IMG/VR virus record: IMGVR_UViG_2860903427_000006
Span: 45,501 to 65,500 of that record
DNA: 20,000 nt
Origin: an uncultured virus (IMG/VR IMGVR_UViG_2860903427_000006)
Taxonomy: Duplodnaviria > Heunggongvirae > Uroviricota > Caudoviricetes
Direction: 5' to 3' (one strand)
Below are positions 14,336 to 20,000 of the stretch, in pieces. Below the pieces are notes generated by a model. That model saw only the letters and a program-made list of their open reading frames with translations, did not search any database and was not told where the DNA came from. Both the position numbers and the translations under genes were made by a program. The first letter of the stretch is position 1. Each line of letters opens with the position of its first letter.

Positions 14336-15450
14336 TCGAGCAGTGCGCCACCCGCCTACGCGGCATCGTCGAAGCCCTGGACAACATCCACGACAGCACC
14401 CAGCACCGCTCCCCGCACCGCTGGTCGACGGACCTCGACGAGGTTCATTCCTCAGCCGAGAGCCTGCTGGCCATGATCAAGGACCAGGCGCCGCCGTCCG
14501 AAGACCAGTTGATCGCCGCAGGCCTCAGCTACCCGCTCGCCAAGGAAGATGCCGTGCAGCTCTGGTACGCCGGCTTCAGGTCCGAAGTGGTCACTGTGCT
14601 CGAGGCCTGGGAGGCAATCGGCCACGATATCGGCATGAACCCGAGCAAGGGCGAACTGCTGGATTCCCTGCGCAACATGGCGGCGATTTGCAATGCGCAC
14701 GGCAATGACATGCCAGCCCAGTCGGCAATCGACCAGCGCCAGGTCATCGCAGACGCCATCACCGGCGCGCTAGCGTTCGGCGCCCAGGCCAGCCAGCCGC
14801 CGGCGGAGGATCACTGGCTTCGTCCGTTCTACGACATCGGCCGCGCCGAGGGACAGCGCACCCAGGAACTGGCAATGCTGGTTCGCATGCTGGCCAGTTC
14901 GCTGAAGCGGCATGCCCCGGAAAGCAACCTGGTGGCACGCGCCACCAACTACCTGGCAGCCAAGGGCTTGGCAGGCACACCGCTTCGTGACGCGCCTGCA
15001 TCGGTAGAGCAGGCAGGCGGGGATGAGCGGGCGGCACTTCAGGAGTTAATCCGAGTGCGTGACTGGGTAAAAAATCGCAGGGGACAGCCGGAGAAGCTGA
15101 AGAACACTGGGCAGACCTACATCATGATCGAAAAGTGCGAAACGCTCGACATGCTGGAGTGGGCGATTGAGCGTGCCCGCGCCGCCCTGGCGCACGCGCC
15201 GACCAGTTTGGCATCCCCGTCGTGCAAATGGACCGAAAGCAGCGGCATCTGGGAAACAAGTTGCGGCCAGACCTGGAGCTTCATCGAGGACGGACCAGCA
15301 GAGAACGGAGCGCTGTTCTGTCACCACTGCGGCGGACGCCTGGTCCTCATCAAGAGCGACGACCAGGAAGACGACGGTGAGCCGTGCCCGGAATGCATGG
15401 AACACGGCTGCAACGGCGAATGCGCTGGCCACGGCGCGATGGGAGACTGA
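14311..15450 (+). CDS. Mosaic hypothetical phage protein (379 aa) with Cys-rich C-terminus
   Basis: GGAG RBS before ATG at 14311; C-terminal C.W...WETSCG...FCHHCG and CPEC..GC.GEC. Confidence 0.8.
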   Translation: MSSTQHQLIEQCATRLRGIVEALDNIHDSTQHRSPHRWSTDLDEVHSSAESLLAMIKDQAPPSEDQLIAAGLSYPLAKEDAVQLWYAGFRSEVVTVLEAWEAIGHDIGMNPSKGELLDSLRNMAAICNAHGNDMPAQSAIDQRQVIADAITGALAFGAQASQPPAEDHWLRPFYDIGRAEGQRTQELAMLVRMLASSLKRHAPESNLVARATNYLAAKGLAGTPLRDAPASVEQAGGDERAALQELIRVRDWVKNRRGQPEKLKNTGQTYIMIEKCETLDMLEWAIERARAALAHAPTSLASPSCKWTESSGIWETSCGQTWSFIEDGPAENGALFCHHCGGRLVLIKSDDQEDDGEPCPECMEHGCNGECAGHGAMGD

Positions 15451-15451
15451 A

Positions 15452-15835
15452 ATGAAGCAATCCCAATTCAGGGCCGAGCTGGTCAAGATCATGCCCGGCT
15501 ACAACTGGACAGTTCATGCGAGCCGCAGCAGCGAAAAGCTGTTGGTCGCCACCGGCATCCAGTCCAGCGGCTCCAACCGGCTCTCGACGCTACGCGTGCA
15601 GCGTCGGGACGACTACGCCGGTTCCGGCAAGCCCCACTACGAAGTGAGCAGCGCGGGATACGGAACCCGATCCCCCTGGCTGCACACCGCCCAGGACAGA
15701 ACCCTGGCACGAGCCCTTCGCTCGCTTCAGGAGCACTACGAGAGCAATGCGCGCAGGTACAGCAGCCACGCGAGTGACCTACAGCGTGGCCGGAAAGCTA
15801 CCCCGCCGACGCCCGGAGTTTCTACAGATGAATGA
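15452..15835 (+). CDS. Hypothetical phage protein (127 aa)
   Basis: GGAG RBS, ATG 1 nt after the upstream stop. Confidence 0.78.
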   Translation: MKQSQFRAELVKIMPGYNWTVHASRSSEKLLVATGIQSSGSNRLSTLRVQRRDDYAGSGKPHYEVSSAGYGTRSPWLHTAQDRTLARALRSLQEHYESNARRYSSHASDLQRGRKATPPTPGVSTDE

Positions 15836-16406
15836 CTACAAATCAGCCTTCAACGCCGCGGCCGCCGACCTCGGTGCGATCATCGCGCTGCTGGGGTTCA
15901 CCAAGTACCCCGGCGTCGATCCGGTGCTGCGCGCAATTACTGACCTGATGCTCGAAAAAGCCGAGAACCAGGTGCTCAGGGAGGAGCGCAACGCCGCCCT
16001 GGCCAATGTCGATGCCCTCGCAGTGCAGGTGTTGAAGCTCGGCGGGACTATCAGCCTCGCCCACCACCGGACCGACCAGGCTGGGCAGGTGCCGCAGGCA
16101 TGGCTCGACGTGCAGGCAGAGCGCCGCCGCCAGATCACCGCCGAGGGATGGACGCCGGAGCACGACGACGAGCACAGTCACGGCCAGATGGCCCGCGCCT
16201 CCGCCTGCTACGCCCTGGCCGGCTCCAGCGCTCCGAATGATGGAACCGCAGCCCTGTTGGTGTCGCTTGCCTGGCCGTGGGACCAGCAGTGGTGGAAGCC
16301 GACCAGCGCGCGCCGCGATCTGGTAAAGGCCTGCGCCCTGGCGCTGGCCGAGATCGAGCGTCTCGACCGGGCAGCGGCGAATCAGGGAGGGCCGCGCGAT
16401 GCGTAG
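15828..16406 (+). CDS. Hypothetical phage protein (192 aa)
   Basis: GGAG RBS; C-terminal DVQAERRRQI..EGWTPEHDD...WPW...WWKP...RRDLVKA.AL.LAEIERLDR domain common in temperate phages. Confidence 0.85.
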   Translation: MNDYKSAFNAAAADLGAIIALLGFTKYPGVDPVLRAITDLMLEKAENQVLREERNAALANVDALAVQVLKLGGTISLAHHRTDQAGQVPQAWLDVQAERRRQITAEGWTPEHDDEHSHGQMARASACYALAGSSAPNDGTAALLVSLAWPWDQQWWKPTSARRDLVKACALALAEIERLDRAAANQGGPRDA

Positions 16407-16521
16407 AGCACTGACCGCCCTCGGCATCATCGCCGCCCTCGGCCTGGCCATGGTAGGGCTGGTAGAGATATTCCCGATCGTTCGCACGCTGGCGGCCTGG
16501 CAGGCGGGGTGCTTCGGATGA
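16399..16521 (+). CDS. Small membrane protein (40 aa, MRRALTALGIIAALGLAMVGLVEIFPIVRTLAAWQAGCFG)
   Basis: Read manually; GGAGG RBS; ends in an ATGA overlap with the next gene. Confidence 0.65.
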   Translation: MRRALTALGIIAALGLAMVGLVEIFPIVRTLAAWQAGCFG

Positions 16522-16838
16522 GGCAGAAACCAGGCATCGCACTTCCCCGCTGGCTCCTTCGCACAACCACGATGCAGATGCACAGCGTCGACGTGGTACT
16601 GGTCATGGCCCTGGTGCTCCAGCACCACGGTACGGCCGACGCTGTTCGCCGCGCCGCCGGTCAGCTTCGCGACAGAGTATGTGCCGAGCACCGGCCCAAG
16701 ATGACCGCGCTCATGCGCATGCAAGACGACGTGGCGGCGCTGCAGGTGGCGCTCAACATCGTCCAGCGCGCCACCGACGCCCTCGGCATCCTGCCGGGAA
16801 CGCCATTTCCGGCCGGCCCGGTACTAACTAACCGTTAA
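16518..16838 (+). CDS. Hypothetical phage protein (106 aa)
   Basis: ATGA-coupled start at 16518; GC3-biased codons. Confidence 0.7.
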   Translation: MRQKPGIALPRWLLRTTTMQMHSVDVVLVMALVLQHHGTADAVRRAAGQLRDRVCAEHRPKMTALMRMQDDVAALQVALNIVQRATDALGILPGTPFPAGPVLTNR

Positions 16839-16891
16839 CTCAACACCCAACTTTCACCCGGTCCGTATCAACAGACCCGGGAGGTACTTCA

Positions 16892-17125
16892 ATGCGCAAC
16901 ACCCAGCAGCACCAAGACATCCCCCGCTTCATCGACTTGAATATGGTCAAGATGAGAACGGGAATGGGCACCACGTTCATCTACGACCATATGAAGAAAG
17001 GGGACTTCCCCAAGGGGCGCAAGTTTGGCCGCGCCACTCGCTGGGCAGAGGTTGAAATCGACCAGTACTGCAACGGAACCTGGACGCCACCGGCGCCGGC
17101 AAACGAAGCGGGAGCCCCGGAGTGA
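16892..17125 (+). CDS. AlpA-family excisionase / recombination directionality factor
   Basis: RFIDLNMVKMRTGMGTTFIYDHMKKGDFPKGRKFGRATRWAEVEI; GGAGG RBS; adjacent to the integrase. Confidence 0.88.
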   Translation: MRNTQQHQDIPRFIDLNMVKMRTGMGTTFIYDHMKKGDFPKGRKFGRATRWAEVEIDQYCNGTWTPPAPANEAGAPE

Positions 17126-17137
17126 TCACTCCGGGGC
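17114..17137. repeat. Perfect 24-bp palindrome spanning the abutting xis and int stop codons
   Basis: GCCCCGGAGTGA|TCACTCCGGGGC. Confidence 0.9.
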
Positions 17138-18361
17138 AGCCTGCTCCAACCGATCCAGATAATCAGCCCAGTCTTGCATCATCGCCCTTCGACGCTCAAC
17201 GTGCGCGGCATGGTTGTATGCCGCCCGCGTCTTGTTGGGATCGGCATGGGAGAGCTGGCCCTCGATCAACGTCGTGTCGTAGCCCATTTCATGCAGCGCA
17301 GTCGAGAAAGTCCCTCGCAACCCATGACCAGTCAGTAGCCCGTCGAACCCAAGGCGCTTGATCGCCTGGTTGATGGTGTTCTCGCTCATCATCTTCGTTG
17401 GGTCATTTCTACCAGCGAACGCGAACGGGTATTTGCCCGTCTTCTGCAGCAATCCCCTGACCTCCTCAATCGCTTGCCGTGACAGCGGCACGATATACGG
17501 CGGCACCTCTTCCCCGTCCTTGCGCACCCTGCCGCGCAATTGCTTCACCCTTCCGGGCGGGACAGTCCATATCCCCTTTTCTAGATCGAAATCTGCCGGC
17601 GCAGCCTTTCGAAGCTCGATCGTACGTACCGCCGTCAGAAGCATCAGACGAACGGCGATCCTTGTGATTTCGGACCCTTGGTAAGACCGCAGTCTCACAA
17701 GAAGGGCTGGAAGCTCTTCGCCATCATGCGCAAGAATCGGATTGTGCTCAGTCGGTGGTTGTTCTTTCGCCAGAATGTCCAGGTCCGAGGCAGGGTTGTC
17801 CTCTCGTAACCCGGCCGCGATCCCAACGCGGAAGATCTGGCGTAACCAACTCCGCGCCTTCTCCGCGACGTGCAGCGCTCCCCGGCGCTCGATGGCTCCG
17901 ACAACCGCAGCCAGGTCACGACGGTGAATTTCGCGAAACTTCATATTCGCCAGGGCCGGGTACAGGTCATTGTCCAATACTCTGCGCGCCTGGTTTGCGC
18001 TGCCTTTCCGGCTATCGTCCGCCCAGCGCCCCTGTTTCAACGCCAGCCACTGTTCAGCCACGTGTCGAAACGTCTCCTCGACGCTGACCGTCTTCCGGTC
18101 CGCTCGATGCTGCCCCCGCGGATCGATGCCTTGGGCCACCAACGAACGCGCCTCGTCACGGCGTTGCCGGGCATCACGCAGGCTCAACTCGGGATACGTC
18201 CCAAGCGACACTCGCTTCTGCTGACCATTCAGCGAAAAGCGGAAGTGCCAGCTTTTGGTGCCCTTGTGTGAAACAAAGAGAGAGAGGCCGTCAATGTCGG
18301 CGAGGGTGTAGTCTTTAGCTTCTGCTTTTGCCTGGCGGACAGCAGTATCCGTGAGCGGCAT
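17126..18361 (-). CDS. int: Tyrosine integrase, P4-type with N-terminal arm-binding domain
   Basis: MPLTDTAVRQAK...DGLSL...SLGTYPELSL.DAR; catalytic R (AVRTIEL), HGLR, LSH, YNH. Confidence 0.96.
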   Translation of the reverse strand: MPLTDTAVRQAKAEAKDYTLADIDGLSLFVSHKGTKSWHFRFSLNGQQKRVSLGTYPELSLRDARQRRDEARSLVAQGIDPRGQHRADRKTVSVEETFRHVAEQWLALKQGRWADDSRKGSANQARRVLDNDLYPALANMKFREIHRRDLAAVVGAIERRGALHVAEKARSWLRQIFRVGIAAGLREDNPASDLDILAKEQPPTEHNPILAHDGEELPALLVRLRSYQGSEITRIAVRLMLLTAVRTIELRKAAPADFDLEKGIWTVPPGRVKQLRGRVRKDGEEVPPYIVPLSRQAIEEVRGLLQKTGKYPFAFAGRNDPTKMMSENTINQAIKRLGFDGLLTGHGLRGTFSTALHEMGYDTTLIEGQLSHADPNKTRAAYNHAAHVERRRAMMQDWADYLDRLEQAAPE

Positions 18362-18520
18362 AGTACATTCCTGGAAAAACCAAATTCAGATGTACTGAGA
18401 AATGTACTAAAAAAACGCGGCTGGTGGCGAATTGTGGCGGAAGCCAACGGAAGAGCTTAATCGGCTGCAAGCCCCGAAATTACTGCGCTTGCGAAGGATC
18501 GCGAAGAATCGCGAAAGAGA
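18361..18520. promoter_or_regulatory. Phage arm of the att site: putative Int arm-type and Xis binding repeats
   Basis: ATGTACTGA (18390-18398), ATGTACTAA (18402-18410) and inverted TAGTACAT (18361-18368); 10-bp phased GCGAAGGATC/GCGAAGAATC/GCGAAAGAGA (18491-18520). Confidence 0.65.
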
Positions 18521-18524
18521 GGTA

Positions 18525-18609
18525 TGGTGCGGACGGAGAGACTCGAACTCTCACGCCTTGCGGCGCTGGAACCTAAATCCAGTGTGTCTACCAATTCCAC
18601 CACGTCCGC
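18525..18609 (-). tRNA. tRNA-Leu (anticodon TAG); its 3' end is the probable att core
   Basis: GCGGACGTGGTGGAATTGGTAGACACACTGGAT-T-TAG-GTTCCAG...GTTCGAGTC...CCGCACCA, long variable arm. Confidence 0.97.
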
Positions 18610-18663
18610 GGGACACTGCTTGGAAATGAAAACGCCAGGCCTCGGGCCTGGCGCTTCGGAATA

Positions 18664-18739
18664 TGGGGTGGACGATGGGAATCGAACCCACGACACCAGG
18701 AGCCACAATCCTGTGCTCTACCAACTGAGCTACGCCCAC
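18664..18739 (-). tRNA. tRNA-His (anticodon GTG), encoded G-1 at 18740
   Basis: GTGGGCGTAGCTCAGTTGGTAGAGCACAGGATT-GTG-GCTCCTG...GTTCGATTCCC...CCCCA. Confidence 0.97.
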
Positions 18740-18790
18740 CATATTACGACTTGCGGTAAAACATCGCCTGCTTCTTGCCGATTCGCCGAA

Positions 18791-18867
18791 TGGCGCACCC
18801 GGCAGGACTCGAACCTGCGACCATCCGCTTAGAAGGCGGATGCTCTATCCAGCTGAGCTACGGGCGC
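18791..18867 (-). tRNA. tRNA-Arg (anticodon TCT)
   Basis: GCGCCCGTAGCTCAGCTGGATAGAGCATCCGCCT-TCT-AAGCGGA...GTTCGAGTCC...GCGCCA. Confidence 0.97.
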
Positions 18868-18977
18868 TTTATTCATCTGCATTCAATGCTGAGCGCAAAC
18901 TTTAAGCTCTGGCAATCACAAAGTCAGCAACCGACTTGCATTACCTCTTACCCTGCGTCCGGCTGTGCTCGGCAAGC

Positions 18978-19030
18978 GGGGCGCATGTTATACAGGGGGC
19001 GAAAGGCCGTCAACGGTTTTTTTAAAAAAA
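18978..19030 (-). promoter_or_regulatory. Sigma70 promoter of the tRNA operon
   Basis: TTGACG (19013-19008)-N17-TAACAT (18990-18985), GC-rich discriminator GCGCCCC, upstream A/T tract. Confidence 0.75.
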
Positions 19031-19145
19031 TTCAGCTATATAAAGGAGTTACGGCAAATCCGCGGGTCGCCTCCTTTGCCCCGGGCGGCGTCCATGCGAA
19101 AATGCGCGTCCTTTTTCCACCCGATTCGATGGTTACCCTTCCGAC

Positions 19146-20000
19146 ATGACCGCACAACTGATCGACGGCAAAGCGATCGCCGCCAACCTTCGCCAGCAGA
19201 TAGCCCAACGCGTGACCGAGCGCCGCCAGCAAGGCCTGCGCGTTCCCGGCCTGGCGGTGATCCTGGTCGGCACCGATCCGGCCTCTCAGGTCTATGTGGC
19301 GCACAAGCGCAAGGACTGCGAGGAAGTCGGCTTTCTCTCCCAGGCCTACGATCTTCCCGCCGAAACCAGCCAGGACGACCTGCTGGCCCTGATCGACCGC
19401 CTGAACGACGACCCCGCCATCGACGGCATCCTGGTCCAGCTACCCCTGCCCGCCCACCTGGACGCCTCCCTGCTGCTGGAGCGTATCCACCCGGACAAGG
19501 ACGTGGACGGTTTCCATCCCTACAACATCGGCCGCCTGGCCCAGCGCATGCCCCTGCTGCGCCCCTGCACCCCGAAAGGCATCATGACCCTGCTCGCCAG
19601 CACCGGCGCCGACCTGTACGGCATGGACGCGGTCGTGGTCGGCGCCTCGAACATCGTCGGCCGGCCCATGGCTCTGGAGTTGCTGCTGGGTGGCTGCACC
19701 GTCACCGTGACCCACCGCTTCACCCGCGACCTGGCCGACCATGTGTCGCGCGCCGACCTGGTGGTGGTCGCTGCCGGCAAGCCGGGACTGGTCAAGGGCG
19801 AGTGGATCAAGGAAGGCGCCATCGTCATCGACGTCGGCATCAACCGCCAGGCCGACGGCCGTCTGGTCGGCGACGTGGAATACGAGGTGGCGGCGCAACG
19901 CGCCAGCTGGATCACCCCGGTGCCGGGCGGCGTCGGGCCGATGACCCGCGCCTGCCTGCTGGAAAATACCCTGCACGCCGCCGAACACCTGCACGACTGA
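19146..20000 (+). CDS. folD: Bifunctional methylenetetrahydrofolate dehydrogenase/cyclohydrolase
   Basis: [12 protein letters not shown]...[16 protein letters not shown]...[10 protein letters not shown]...KDVDGFHP...PCTPKG...[12 protein letters not shown]. Confidence 0.98.

Larger units (their letters stand above)
1..18525. mobile_element. Temperate prophage (immunity region, early operon and integration module), continuing beyond the left edge of the window
   Basis: cro/cI switch, recombination genes, methylases, excisionase and tyrosine integrase directly abutting the 3' end of tRNA-Leu; host folD and tRNAs on the other side. Confidence 0.97.

Noticed and set aside
18629..18658. Hairpin GCCAGGCC-TCG-GGCCTGGC between tRNA-His and tRNA-Leu
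   Set aside because: Ordinary host tRNA-operon spacer or terminator-like structure
18432..19304. ORFs over the tRNA cluster and folD upstream region
   Set aside because: Spurious frames overlapping tRNA genes and promoters

Overview
Bases 1-~18525 are the control and early arm of a temperate lambdoid prophage integrated at the 3' end of tRNA-Leu(TAG). The host looks like Pseudomonas, most likely P. aeruginosa, and the gene set of csrA, rdgC, ssb, exonuclease and two methylases recalls F116-like phages. The prophage part contains: the 5' end of a probable replication gene; cro and cI with lambda-like 17-bp operators and a probably leaderless cI mRNA; a LexA-box-controlled small gene (DUF1654-like); a long PL-type operon (structured leader, CsrA fusion, Sak/Rad52-like annealing protein, DEDDh exonuclease, SSB, RdgC-FtsK-gamma fusion, mini-LexA wHTH, two orphan DNA methyltransferases, many small ORFs, AlpA-type excisionase); and a convergent P4-type tyrosine integrase. 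Bases 18525-20000 are host chromosome: tRNA-Leu, tRNA-His, tRNA-Arg and folD. The most unusual items are a CsrA protein fused to a domain also encoded as a stand-alone paralog just upstream, a covarying RNA hairpin repeated in two intergenic regions, the structured PL leader with no recognisable N gene, the RdgC-FtsK-gamma and mini-LexA pair, and the SOS-regulated gene inside the immunity region. All family assignments come from motif recognition by eye, not database searches.
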